A DNA stretch of 63,112 nucleotides, counting the filler, from Chiloscyllium plagiosum (Eukaryota): the NCBI RefSeq assembly GCF_004010195.1. It is 5 parts of one record of this genome, joined end to end, with 100 filler letters (N's around TTAATTAATTAA, not from the genome) between each part and the next. Parts side by side here need not be neighbours in the genome. Positions count along the whole stretch, not along the records: positions 30,042 to 46,096 come from NC_057715.1; positions 46,197 to 57,117 come from NC_057715.1; 3 more parts are not named here. The stretch is one strand, 5' to 3'. The position numbers and the translations under genes are program-made. Shown one piece after another: positions 36,948 through 49,639 of the stretch (its first letter is position 1; every line of letters begins with the position of its first letter). Under the pieces are notes generated by a model, which saw only the letters and a list, made by a program, of their open reading frames with translations, was not told the origin of the DNA and did not search any database.

Positions 36948-37192
36948 CTTCTGAATCTTTCTTGTAGAAAACTCCATGAGGATGCAAAGAATAGGGACGC
37001 GATGCAAAATTTTTGAAGTGAATAATAATCAAGTCTTCCACCTCTGCCCTAAGCAGTGGGCCAAGAAATCCAAGCCAGTCAGGTTTAGAAACCTCAGTTG
37101 AGTAAGTTGCATCGGTAAACTGTTTATAGATGGCCTTTTTGTACAATCGTCCAATCCTGTTTTTGCTCCTCGAAAGAAATACTGCTGCATTC
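36948..37192 (-). CDS. HEPHL1: Hephaestin-family (HEPHL1/HEPH) multicopper ferroxidase, internal coding exon (probably 2nd coding exon), 245 bp
   Basis: Acceptor gttcatAG|G at 37194-37193 and donor GAAG|GTaacc at 36947-36946. Phase 2 in, phase 1 out. Translates NAAVFLSRSKNRIGRLYKKAIYKQFTDATYSTEVSKPDWLGFLGPLLRAEVEDLIIIHFKNFASRPYSLHPHGVFYKKDSE(G), with the family WLGFLGP motif and HxH copper ligands. HEPHL1 versus HEPH is not resolved by eye. Confidence 0.93.
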
Positions 37193-38384
37193 CTATGAAC
37201 AAACAAACATATGATCAGCCATATCACTTTTGAATAAAATATTCCTTATAAAAGGAAGAGTCAAAACTTTAATCTCCTAACTTGGTGTTGAACATTCGAT
37301 TATTAATCCATCCTAATAGAATAGAAGAAGGGGTTATGATGCAAGCTAAAATCTGAATGTTGTAGTTATATCTGGCATTATCGTGGTAGTTTTTGAACTT
37401 CACTCTTACCTATTGACTTTAAAATAGAAGTGAATGTTCAGGAAAAAGTGTGAGAGGAAACGTTTGTTTTGTTTTGTAGTTTGGCGAAATTTGGACTACT
37501 ACCCCAATTATCAGGACAAGGCCATAAACAGCCAGACCTGAATATAATTTATCAGTAGCAGGACTTGGTTTCAATAAAGAATGAAGTTTAATGGCCATCC
37601 AAGAGCAGCAAAGATAAATACACCCTATTGTCCCTGCCTCTCACACTACCAAAGGAGCACTCAGCTCCTTTGCACAACCTCTTAATACTTCCCTCCAACA
37701 CTTCCTACACCTCAATTACAGAGACACCATAAAACTCATTGCCTTCTCAAATAATCTATTATGTGCCATCACACACATTTTCCTTTATACTGTACACCTC
37801 CATACTCTATCCAATCATGTTTTTGTTATTGTATGTTCGATGCATGTCATACTCATTCACATTACAAAGCTTTCCAACATGTGTTCTCTTACACATTGTC
37901 CTTTAAGGATACAGCACATAACAGCAGACAATGGAACAGTTTAGAGTCCTCAATACACTGCCATTGCACAGGCAAACCAAGAAGATCACTGTCCCAGCAG
38001 ATACCCAACAGCATGTCTGAATGTTATTTGTATTCCTTCATTGACTCACATACAACAAGCTAACCGACCTCAGCTTACATTTTTCAGATCAGGGTTGAAC
38101 CTTCCTTTGAAGTCTTACATCTTCTTTGTATCTTTGCTCTAGGTCTTACAATGAACTATGAGAGGAAAATTGCAGTCTCGCATAGAAAGCTGTGAGATAT
38201 CAGAAATCGTTCCAAGCGAGTTTACCACTTTGGCTGAGAGTGTGAAGGAGTCTGCACCCAATCCTTGTAGAATCATCTTAAAAGCAATACCACTTTAGTC
38301 TGCCTTGCAGATTTTGGTGGCCTCCCAGGACACTGTAATGGCACCTTTACAGCCAGAAGGTCTATGCTATTAGAGTAATTGATT

Positions 38385-39465
38385 CATAGAATCCTACAGC
38401 ATGGAGACACGCCCTTTGGCCCAAGCTGGTCCATGCCAATCAAAATGTCTGTCCACGCTTACACCATTTCCCTGCACTTGGCTCATATTCTTCTAAACTT
38501 TTCTTATGGTGGGTGGCACGGTGGCACAGTGGTTAGCACTGCTGCCTCACAGCGCCAGAGACCCGGGTTCAATTCCCGCCTCGGGCGACTGACTGTGTGG
38601 AGTTTGCACGTTCTCCCCGTGTCTGCGTGGGTTTCCTCCGGGTGCTCCGGTTTCCTCCCACAGTCCAAAGATGTGCAGGTCAGGTGAATTGGCCATGCTA
38701 AATTGCCCATAGTGTTAGGTAAGGAGTAAAGGTAGGGGTATGGGTGAGTTGCGCTTCGGCGGGACGGTGTGGACTTGTTGGGCCGAAGGGCCTGTTTCCA
38801 CACTGTAAGTAATCTAATCTAATCTATCCATGTATTTTTCCAATGCCTTTTAAATTTTGTTAATGTACCCACCTCAACCACCTCTGCTGGCAGCTCATAC
38901 CATATGTGTACCACCCTCTGTGCTGCTCAGGTTCCCTTTTGTTCTTTTCCTTCTAGCCTTAAACTGATGCCCTCTAGTCCTTGATTTCCCAACTCTGGGA
39001 AAAGGACTGAGTGCATTCACCTTATCCATGCCCCTCATAATCTTCTACATCTCTGTAAGGTCCCTCTTTCAGTCTGCTACGCTCTAAAGAAAAAGTCCTA
39101 TTTTGTCCAACTTTTTCCTATAACTAGACAGGCAACAGGCAACATCCTTGTAAATTTCTTCTGCATACTTTCCAGTTTATTAACATCCTTCCTATAGCAC
39201 TTGACCAAAACTGAACACAATACTCAAGTGCAGCCTCACCAACGTCCTGTATAACTGCAACATAACTTCCCAACTTCTATACTCAATGCCCTGACTGATG
39301 AAGGCCAATGTGCCAAAAGCCTTCTTTACTGTCCTGTCTACCTGTGACTCTACCTTCAGAGAACTGTGAACCTGAACTCCAAGATCCCTCTCTTCCACTA
39401 CACTCCTTAAGGCCCTACTATTTACCATGAAACTCCGATCTTGATTTCATTTTCCAAAATGCAAT
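38385..39465 (-). mobile_element. CR1 LINE 3' part interrupted by a SINE
   Basis: ERDLGVQVHSSLKV...LYRTLVRLHL. Confidence 0.85.
38511..38826 (+). mobile_element. Full-length HE1-type V-SINE
   Basis: Close match to 12771-13090 and 47502-47826. Confidence 0.92.
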
Positions 39466-42400
39466 ATATTTTATAACTTTAATGGAAGCTCAAATCTCTG
39501 CCATGTAGATTTTAAATGCCATATTGGAAATAAGATGAATTAAGTAGATGGGTTTGCAAGCAGTTAGTTTAGTTTACTGGAATCCGTCCTCCCATGGATC
39601 ATTGGAAGTGATGATGCCCAGCTTTTAAGAAAGTGGCAGTGGCCTGCTGCAAGAAGCTAGCAGGCATCTCTTAGGCAGTCTGCACATTTCCCCCTTCCCA
39701 TCTCTCACAATTAAGAGCCACCATGGTATTAGCAAGCCAGCTGGGCCACACTGCCACAATCTTCTTTGTTCTTCTTAGGCAGTTCTTCAAAATCAAGGAT
39801 GATCTTCTTCTACTCTAGTGTTGTGGATCCTGAGGTGTAGTTCAATGATGGATCTGCACACTTTGCCACAGGTTGTGTCAATGGTATTTAGGTATAGCAG
39901 AACAGGAGTAAGTCTTCAATTTAAGGAAGGGGAACAGTGGGTGCCTTTATCACAGTGATTTATACATTGCTATGATCTGTGCAGGAAATATGTAGAAAGT
40001 CAGAACCTCTATTTTATCTCCCCTTTTAATTTTGTTCTTTTGTTTTCTAACAGGTTAGTGGCTATGGTAGTTCAATAAAGCGGCTAAACTTAAAAGTGAG
40101 TGAATGCCCAGGTGTGTTGGAAAGGCAACATGAATCTACTGACTTTTCTACATTTAACTAGCATTACATTAACTCACGTCTGCAATTACCATACAAAAAG
40201 AGACAACTAAGTGAATCTTTAAACTTGGATTCTAGCTTTAACTGCCAATGCTTAAGCTTGCCAAGTTGTCTGAATCACACCTAATTGAAGGAAAGAAGGT
40301 AAATTCACAGCAAATCGGCAACATATTCTACTTGTAATGAGTGGAAGTGATTGTAAAGGCTGACAATGATCAATCTGCGGATAAAAGTGAAAATTTTGAA
40401 ATTGAATGAATGGGGAGCTAAAATAGTTGGCAAGGATGGCAGTGAAAGTTTGTTCTATGCAGAAAATAAGTTCAGCAAATTGGTATTAGGAGAACCTTTC
40501 AGAAATATGGTCAAAATAATTTAAAATGATCTCCTGAGCACTTTTCCACCCGATTTTTCAAGTAGCCTGTCACATTGGATTATGATACATCTTCCAAATC
40601 CCCAACCAACCACAATTATCCTCAGGCTTTTTTTCATCATTTTCACACAAAACATTTTGCACGTTTTAATTAATCTATTCACACTTCTTACAAAATGTCT
40701 AATCAGCTTACCTAACTGGTAATGTACATTTTTTGGTATTTTAAGTGCATTCCATTTCTTTCCAGCTGATTGGAAAGTCAAATTTTGACAGTCAATCTTT
40801 TGAAGTTTACCCTTTTAAAGTCATATTTATTCTTATATTTTTCAAAGCAGATGCTGTTTGTTTAAAATTCTTAAATGTAGTTGCGTTAGTCTGGAAGCTA
40901 TTGTTAGCATAATATTTGAAGTTTAGTTATCTGTTACTAACTTCTGTGGAAGAAATCTCATTGTCCTTTAACTAATGGCATTGGTCTGGTCAGCAGACCA
41001 TATGCGAACCATGCAATTCCTCGGGTGCCAATGGAATATTAGACTAACTCAGAAACTGCTAGCACCTAAATGATCTGCCACAATTCTATACTCCTAAGCG
41101 TGTTCCAATATGTTTGAAAAAGAAGGCCCAACAAAAACCATTTAAATGACAAAAAGGTGGAAGTATGTATCCATAAGGTGTGTAAGAGGGAGTTGATTCT
41201 GTCAGGTATAGAAAGACATCTTGCTCAATATCAAATGGTTCAGCAAGCACTGAAGCAAATCTTAGACATGAGAAGTATTGTTTACAGAATCCAATTGTCT
41301 GGATGCTGGCCAAAAATAGAACTGAGATGAAAGCTGCTTAGGAACAGCAGTAACTGAATCTATGAAGCGTCAGTAAGTGAGAAAGGTCAAATGTAAAAGA
41401 TCATACTTTACACACACATATCCAAAGAGCAGTGCCTCCGGATGCTGCATTTCCATGTATAAGGAGATCTCAGCAATCTCCTGTAATAGGATTAGATGCC
41501 TACTCGGCCAGGCTAAGCAAGTTTATCAGAACTTCTGTGAAAAAAATTAGATAGGCTTCCCAGTTCCTAAAACAATCAGGTAGACAGTTTATCTTGTATA
41601 TTAAAATGAAACCTGAGAGTTAATACTTTGCAGATCTCAAATTCAAAATGAACTTGTGAGCTTTCCATCACCTGAATCGCGCCCAGAATTAATCTCTTAT
41701 CTAGTTTCAAAGTGACAGAAACTTAAGGCATGAATTCTCAGAGTTCACAGCTGCCAGTGACCACCTCCACATGACTCAGTGGATAGAGGGAGGAAGCGTT
41801 TAGTTGGAATAGATGTCTCTCTTTTGGGGTGACATCACATCTGAGCTGAGAAGAAACTTACACAAGTGCAGGTAGGTGGTCCAGTAAAACAGATGTATAT
41901 GGCTGTCAGATACAGAAACATCATAAGAATTAATCCAGAAGTGATACTGGCCATCAGAATTCAAAATAATTGTTATCACTAAAATCATGGCCATACTTAG
42001 AAATTCATATATCATAGACAGTAAGGAAATGAATTGTAATTTGTGGTGTAAAACCTTTGTGATTTTTTTTCTACAATGTTAAAAAGGTCACAAAACAAAA
42101 TTAATGGAGCATGAAGCAGACAATACTGAACTGGAGACCGAGGAGTGAGGGGTGGAGCTTTGTGTTTTTTGGTGGGATGGGTGAGAGAAATGTAGAATGG
42201 TGGCAGAAAGAAACAGGAGAAAGTAGTCCAGTGTCACTCCTGCTTTGTCAGGCATCTGAAGAATTGCTTCAAAAAACACTCATATTTTTGACTGCTGCAC
42301 AGATGTATGTGTAAAAATTTAAGAGTATCCTGGATGTGTAATGATAAAATAACATATTTTTCTTCACGCAGGCCATTATAGTATTGTTAAAGACTTGAAT

Positions 42401-43199
42401 GCCTACGTACGGTAAAATACTTGTATTTATACAGCTCTCTTGGCATCCACTGGGTGTGTCAAAATGCTTTACAGCTCATGAATATTATTCCAATTTACTG
42501 CTCCTCGGATGCTGCCTGAGCTGCTGTGCTCTTCCAGCACCACTAATCCAGAAACTATTAAACTGTAATCATGCTACAAGGTATGTAACACGATTTTAAA
42601 ATCATTTGAGAGTTTGAAGTTTTGAATTTGAACCAGTTGCATGTGGGCTTTTATAATGTCTGAAAGAGTTTAATTATTAAGTTGTAAGTATTTCCGTAGC
42701 CATGATGCTTTTTTTTGAAAAAAAGTGAGAAAGGGGTTATTATTGAGGTGAGTTTGGTAAGATAGGGTGAGAGAACTTGTTTATAACATTCTTTAAAAAA
42801 GATAATTTCAGCCCATAGTGTATAGCTTCAAAACAGCAGCAAATTGTCAATATAGTGCCTTTGATTCAATAAATTTTGAGGTAATTCACAAGAGCATTAT
42901 GAAAGAATATATGATGTAGAATCACATGAGAAGATGAGATCAGATGATAATAAAGCTTTTCAGAGTTAGATTTCAGTCAGTGTGTCAGGGAAAGAAAATA
43001 AGGGGAGGGAGTTGAATTCAAAAGCAACTAATGGCACCTCTATGGCATACCTCACATCTGATTTTTATCCCACCTTAAAACAACTCGCCACTCAGCGGTT
43101 ATCTCAAAATCCACCTGCATCCCTAATGTCCACTCCACTATTTAAAACCTGGTGTGCATTCAGAGAAACACGGTCAGTCAGAGCTATCCTGCATGGTTC

Positions 43200-43450
43200 C
43201 TGATACTTGTCCTGGGCATTACACAGAGAGAAATCAGCTTCCTGCTTTGTGGGCAGAGTCTTGGAGATCCTGTTGGAAGGTGTGGTGCTGATGTGGGATG
43301 ACTTCTTCTCCAAGACCAGCAATGCATCCACAATACCAAACCATGCCAATCTGATCCAAGGTTGCCACCCAGGTTAAAATGGTGTCAGACATCTGAAGGA
43401 AAGTACTATAAGAGGAAGGTTAAAGAACTTGTCCACTGTGCCAAAGTAAG
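43200..43450 (+). mobile_element. Probable Harbinger Myb/SANT exon relic
   Basis: LEILLEGVV...KRKVKELVHCAK followed by GTAAGT; broken frames. Confidence 0.4.
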
Positions 43451-44464
43451 TGCCACGATCTTCTCTCTGCTACTTCACACGCCCAGCAAGGCTCATGTTC
43501 TAACACTCAGATTATCACATACAACATCTTTCCACACTCACTCTTACATATCCCAACTCCCATAACCACTATCTTTGCATGTCATCTCCACTGCCTATTC
43601 ACTTGCTCAGGACACATCCCATGTACATCAACAGAATCAAGGCACCTACTTTCACCATAATAGCTGCATCTGTCTCATTCCAGGATTAATGTGTATCCTA
43701 GTGTATTAGATTTGTCACATGTCTATTTAATCCTGTTCTTACACAGAAGACAATGGTGGGAAGCTTCAGCTAGCACCAGAGTATAAACCTGGCTTCATGG
43801 CAGGATATCAATTTGAAACTGCTTAATTACAATTAGTTTCAAATGAGGAAATGCTAAAAAAAAACCTCTTTTTGTAACACATCAATATCACACATGTGAC
43901 AAACTGAAAATCTATTTTGATTTCAAACTGGTGCATCAATTTATTTGTGGGCGAATAATGGAGATAATATGCGCAATTTTGAGTATGATTTGACACATAA
44001 AATTGGTTGTACTGTGGGGGTCCAGTTAAACTTTCAATATCATGGCTGTGAATGTGATGCAAAGATGTTATGATACTACAGCAAGACTCGCAAGTGAGTG
44101 CTTAGGTTTTTCATTTAGAGTATAACAAAAGGCACATCATGTTTAAATAATGAAGGAGTTGTCAGCATTTCATGTTTGGGGTTGAAAACATACAGCAGCT
44201 GTTACAAGTTATCAAAGAAATATTCAAGAATCAACATAAATTTATTTTGAAAACCTCCCCTTCAATTTTGACTTCAACTATCTCTACTGCAATTACTGAA
44301 GGCAGGCTGCCCAATTAATCTTTACTCATTAATGTTTTGAATATAAATATTTATACATCCATGGGCTTTAAGAAAATAATGTATATTCTTGTCAGACTCC
44401 TTAAAGGAAGCCTCACTGCATACATTCTGAAGTAATATGGAATCATTTTATATCGTTTTGTTCA

Positions 44465-45175
44465 GCAGCTGTGGGCATCACTGGTTTGGCCTGCATTGTC
44501 AATCCCTAATTGTCCTGAGTAGGTGGTGGTGAGCCATTATCTTGAATCACTGCAATCCATGCAGTAAGTGCTCCGTGAATACTATTAATGAGGGGGTTCC
44601 AGGAATTTGACCTAGCCACAGTGAAAGAATGACAATATAATTCCAAGTCAGGATGCTATGTGCCTTGGAGGGGAGTTTGCAGAAAGTGGTAGAGCAATGC
44701 ATCTTCTGCCTTTGTTCTTCTAAATGGTACCAGTTGTAGGTTTCGAAGGTACAATTTAAGGAAGCTTGAGAGGTTGCTATGGATCATCTTGTAACTTGGT
44801 ACACACTGCTGTCAATATCACTGATGTTGAGCATCTTGAGTGACATTGGAGCTGCACCCATCCAGGCTACCATATTCAATTGATGACATTGGAGCAGAAC
44901 ATTGACTGCTTGTTGATTAATCAGGGCAACCTTTTTTTGTTGACATTGCAATAATGAGGTAAAATAGAATAGGCAAATGGAAAAACTTTTGTATTCATTC
45001 CTGAGATGTGAGCATCGCTGCTAGGCCAGCATTTATTGTCCACCCCTAGTTGCCCTTTGGTAAGCTGCTTCTTGCTGCAGTTCACGTGCTGGGTTGACCA
45101 ACAATATTATTGGGGAGGGAATTCCATGATTTTGACCCAGTGACAGTGAAGGAATAGCAATATATTTCCATGTCT
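44465..45175 (-). mobile_element. Two old LINE 3'-end fragments (L2/CR1-group; related pieces at ~23960-24190 and 24410-24770)
   Basis: SFTVTGSKSWNSLPNNIVG at 45100-45160; related copy at 44465-44900. Confidence 0.55.
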
Positions 45176-45786
45176 GGAACTGAATGGATTGGAACGGAAG
45201 GGAACGGAATGGAATGGAATGGAATGGAATGGAATTTATTGTCATGTGTACCAAGATCATAGTAAAAAGCTTTGTCTGGCATGCAATACAGGCAAATAAC
45301 ATAGTAAAGGAGCATAGATAGTAAATAATAGGTAAACAGTGGCAAAAACAAAAACACAGGTACAGATGAATGTTAAGAGTTTGTGAGTCCATTCAGTATT
45401 CTAACAACAATAGGATAAAAACTATTACGAAACCGGCTGGTGCGTGTATTCAGGCTTCTGTACATTCTCCCCGATGGTAGAGGTTGTAGAAAAACATTGC
45501 CAGGGAGGCTTGGCCTTTATGAATGCTGGCGGCCTTTTCTTGACAGCGGGCCTGGTAGATGGATTCAAAAATGGGAGGTTGGCCTTTGTGCCTGTCCAGA
45601 CCGGGTTCACCACTCCCTGTAATCATCTCTGATCTTGAATGCTACAGTTTGCCATTCCAGGTAGTGATACATCCAGACAGAATGCTCTCAATGGCGAACC
45701 TATAAAAGCTGGCAAGGGTATTCGCCGTCATGCCAAATCTCCTCAGCTGCCTGAGGAAGAAGAGATGTTGGGCCTTTGTAACCAAT
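45176..45786 (-). mobile_element. Rex1/Babar-type LINE 3' end with (ATTCC)n tail
   Basis: Minus strand LVTKAQHLFFLRQLRRFGMTANTLASFYRFAIESILSGCITTWNG; (GGAAT)n at 45176-45235. Confidence 0.8.
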
Positions 45787-46096
45787 GAGGAGAAAGTGAG
45801 GTCTGCAGATGCTGGAGATCAGAGCTGAAAATGTGTTGCTGGAACAGCGCAGCAGGTCAGGCAGCATCCAGGGAACAGGAGAATCGACATTTCGGGCATA
45901 AGCCCTTCTTCAGGAATGAGGAAAGTTTGTCCAGCAGGCTAAGATAAAAGGTAGGGAGGAGGGACTTGGGGGAGGGGCGTTAGAAATGCGATAGGTGGAA
46001 AGAGGTCAAGGTGAGGGTGATAGGTCAGAGTGGGGTGGGGGCGGAGAGGTCAGGAAGAAGATTGCAGGTTAGGAAGGCGGTGCTGAATTCGATGGA
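45787..46096 (-). mobile_element. PLE family A terminal repeat, running into the gap
   Basis: Reverse complement of 11113-11413; hammerhead core at 45886-45913 with ACGU changed to AUGU. Confidence 0.88.
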
Positions 46097-46196
46097 NNNN
46101 NNNNNNNNNNNNNNNNNNNNNNNNNNNNNNNNNNNNNNNNTTAATTAATTAANNNNNNNNNNNNNNNNNNNNNNNNNNNNNNNNNNNNNNNNNNNN
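46097..46196. other. Assembly gap with artificial linker
   Basis: 44 N + TTAATTAATTAA + 44 N. Confidence 0.97.
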
Positions 46197-46694
46197 TTCG
46201 GTTGTCAGTTTCAGCTGTCCGCTGTAGTGGTTGGTATATTGGGTCCAGGTCGATGTGTTTGTTGATGGAGTTTGTGGATGAATGCCATGCCTCTAGGAAT
46301 TCCCTGGCTGTTCTCTGTCTGGCTTGCCCTATGATAGTAGTGTTGTCCCAGTCGTATTCATGTTGCTTGTTGTCTGCGTGTGTGTGAATTTGACTGGGAC
46401 AACACTACTATCATAGGGCAAGCCAGACAGAGAACAGCCAGGGAATTCCTAGAGGCATGGCATTCATCCACAAACTCCATCAACAAACACATCGACCTGG
46501 ACCCAATATACCAACCACTACAGCGGACAGCTGAAACTGACAACCGGAAGCGGCAGGGACAGACCACTATAAACACCGGAGGAAACATCAAAGAAGCGCT
46601 TCGCAGGAGGCTCCCAAGCACTGATGATGTCGCCTAGCCAGGGGACGAAACGTTTGCAACAAAAACTTCCAGCTCGGCGAACAGAACCACAGCA
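46197..46694. mobile_element. Fold-back PLE family C insertion
   Basis: 46197-46353 is the reverse complement of ~46392-46548; plus arm encodes FDWDNTTIIGQARQRTAREFLEAWHSSTNSINKHIDLDPIYQPL. Confidence 0.88.
46618..46657 (+). ncRNA. Minimal hammerhead ribozyme motif, family C
   Basis: GCA-CUGAUGA-U-GUCGCCU(AGCC)AGGGGAC-GAA[ACGU]U/UGC; stem I GCA/UGC. Confidence 0.72.
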
Positions 46695-48720
46695 TTAAGT
46701 ATCCAGTCCTGTCCCCTCTCAAACAAGTTTCTGTAAAGGCCACAATATCATATTCCCATGTACTGATCCAGGCTCTGAGCTCATCTGCCTTACCTGCAAT
46801 ACTCCTTGTGTTGAAATAAACACACATCAACCCATTAGTACCATGTTCATTTACCTGTCTCTGTCTATCCTTACTTTCTGACTTACTGGTTCCAATATCC
46901 GTCTTCCCTTCAATCCCTTCACTTGCTGACCTGCTGTTCTGGTTCCCAGCCCCTACCACTCTAATTTAATCAGTACTATCCTTTTCTATAATTATTTTAA
47001 AAGTAATATCATTATAATCACTTGACCCAAAGTACTCCCGCAATGATATTTCAGTCACTTGCCCTGCCTTAGTTACCAACAGAAGGACAAATGTTGCTCC
47101 TCCTTGCAGACATTAGTGTGTGTATGGAACAAGCTGCCATTGAAGTGATGGAAGCGGGTACAATAACAAAATTTTAAAAGGCATCTGGATGGGTATCTGA
47201 ATATAAATGGTTTAGAGAGATATGGGCCAAATGTTAACAAATGGAACTAAGTAAGATTGGAATGTCTGGCTGGCATGGACAAGTTGGACTGAGGGTCTGT
47301 TTGATTCTATGACTCTAAGAAGATTATAATTACCAATAATTTTTACTTTATTCCTTTTACACACTCCTAATATTTGTTGATTTATAGCCTTTCCTACAGG
47401 ATGGCTACAATTGGGTTACTCTAGACTGTTCCTACCACTGTCTTCTTTCCCTTGCTGTTTTTTCCACCTCTGCCCAAATGGATTCTACATCATCAATTTG
47501 TGGGCGGCACGGTGGCACAGTGGTTAGCACTGCTGCCTCACAGCGCCAGAGACCCGGGTTCAATTCCCACTTCAGGCGACTGACTGTGTGGAGTTTGCAC
47601 ATTCTCCCCGTGTCTGCGTGGGTTTCCTCCGGGTGCTCCGGTTTCCTCCCACAGTCCAAAGATGTGCAGGTCAGGTGAATTGGCCATGCTAAATTGCCCG
47701 TAGTGTTAGGTAAGGGGTAAATGTAGGGATATGGGTGGTTTGCGCTTCAGCGGGTCGGTGTGGACTTGTTGGGCCGAAGGGCCTGTTTCCACACTGTAAA
47801 GTAATCTAATCTAATCTAATCTAATCATCAGAGTAGATCGTCTCTCACAACTGTCCTCATTCCATTGCTGACTTACATTGCCAACCCATCATCTTTTCCA
47901 ACTCTCCTCCCTCTCTGAAAGATAAAGTATTCCTGAATATTAAGTTCCCAGTTTTGATCTCTTTGTAATCAGATTCATTTACTTCAATTTGCACCATCAA
48001 TTGTCTACCTTTTTCCAAATACTTTGTGCATTAAAATACAAAGCCTTTAAGATTATTTTATCGTTGAATTTTCTTACACTTTTATGGTTTCATGCTGCAG
48101 TATTATATTCACATTTTTGTGTCTCTTTTATCAGCCCCATCACTGACCTGCAATCCTGCTTTTGCTTTCACCTTTGATTTTCTAATTTTCCATGCAACTG
48201 AACACACCCCACTATCTACAGTCCTAGCTATGCAATTCACCAAAACTCTGATTGTAGCATGATTCAGTTGGATCCCATCTTATTAGAACACCTCGCTCCT
48301 TCCCCGGTACTGATGTCGATGTTCCATGAATTTGAATCCATTCTTCCCACATTAATTTTTGAGCCACGTAATTACCACCTTAATCTTCTTGATGTTGGAC
48401 CAGTTAGTTCATGGCTCAGGTAATAATCTGGAGATTAGTACCTTTTTGGTTCTGCATCTCACTTTAGTCCCTTGATGCTCATATTCCCTCACTAGAACCT
48501 CTTTCCTATATAATTGGTACGTACATGGGCAATGAGAACTGGATCTTTCTCCTTTCACTCCAAATCCTTCTGCCCAGATGTGGTATCCTGAATCTGGTCA
48601 CCAGGTCAGCAATATAGCCTTTAGGACTCTCAATCTTGGCCAAACAGAACCATGTCTATTCCTCTGACTATATTGTCCCAGATTGCAATTACATTTTTCT
48701 TTCCACCACCTCCTCCACTG
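46695..48720 (-). mobile_element. Cluster of CR1 fragments (APE endonuclease N-terminus, ORF1 esterase relic; a plus-strand 3' end at ~47110-47315)
   Basis: LMCVYFNTRSIAGKADELRAWISTWEYDIVAFTETCL; older endonuclease and esterase-like sequence at 47830-48720. Confidence 0.7.
47502..47826 (+). mobile_element. Full-length HE1-type V-SINE
   Basis: A and B boxes, conserved central domain, (AATCT)n tail. Confidence 0.92.
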
Positions 48721-49639
48721 CCACACTGCAGTATTCTGTTTTAAAAAAAACCCCTATATACGTTGAACTGAGAAAGCAAAAATCATCTCTTCCCTTCTGC
48801 ATCAAATTTGCATGCTGCACCAAAAGTCCAGGATTATGTATTCCCATGGGCTGAGCCTCACTTCAGATATAATGTTTCCTTATTGACCATGCAAAGCTTT
48901 CTACTTTTGAGTCTATTAGTACCATGTTACTTCCACTATCAACTGAAAATTGAAATAAATTAATTTGTCCAAAATAACTTGAAACCTGAGTCGGGGAGTA
49001 TTATCCTGCTGATTAACCAATCAGAAACAGGTGCCATAAGCAGTCTGTGTCAGAAGAATCCCAAAAGAACAAGTTTTGTCTTTTCTTAAAGCAGGTTCCT
49101 CTGAAAACCAACCAGAACAGGAGCGGTCTTCTAGGTCCTGCAGAAAAACGTTCATTTTTTTAAGCTTTGACTTTCCTGTCTCTATCCAAAGAAATCTCCA
49201 ATTTACTTTGTTCTAATGACCTTCCATGTGCAGTTGCTGTATATTGTGGTCAAAAGGTCTGAAAGGGTTAATACTGAGGAGTGCCTTAAGCAGAAATTAT
49301 TGTTATGAGATCATTTAAACTTGTGGGCAAAACAGCTTTGGATCTTGAAAGGCTGAGCTCTAACATTCAGATACTTCTGCAGCAATTATTATTTTATCCA
49401 TGTAATCTGTCACTGCTAATATTGAGTAAGTTATATTTAATACAAGAGCCTCTGCTAGATAGACCAGCAAATGGTTTGCCTCTGGCATGTCAAACCAAGC
49501 GGGCTCTGTGGGGTGCTCCACTTCTCGAAGATGGTAACTGCAAACCTACCATATGGTAGGTAATTACTATAAAATCTGTTTTGATGGATCTTTAACATAG
49601 TGGTCTGGTTTTCATTTAGTTGCCTTGTACAACATACTG

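Noticed and set aside
32066..37227. ORF-track calls 32066-32308 and 36931-37227 as stand-alone genes
   Set aside because: Both overrun clear splice sites; only the exonic parts match the protein family.
45176..45235. (GGAAT)n resembling a satellite
   Set aside because: Short, and explained as the 3' tail of the adjacent Rex1/Babar LINE.
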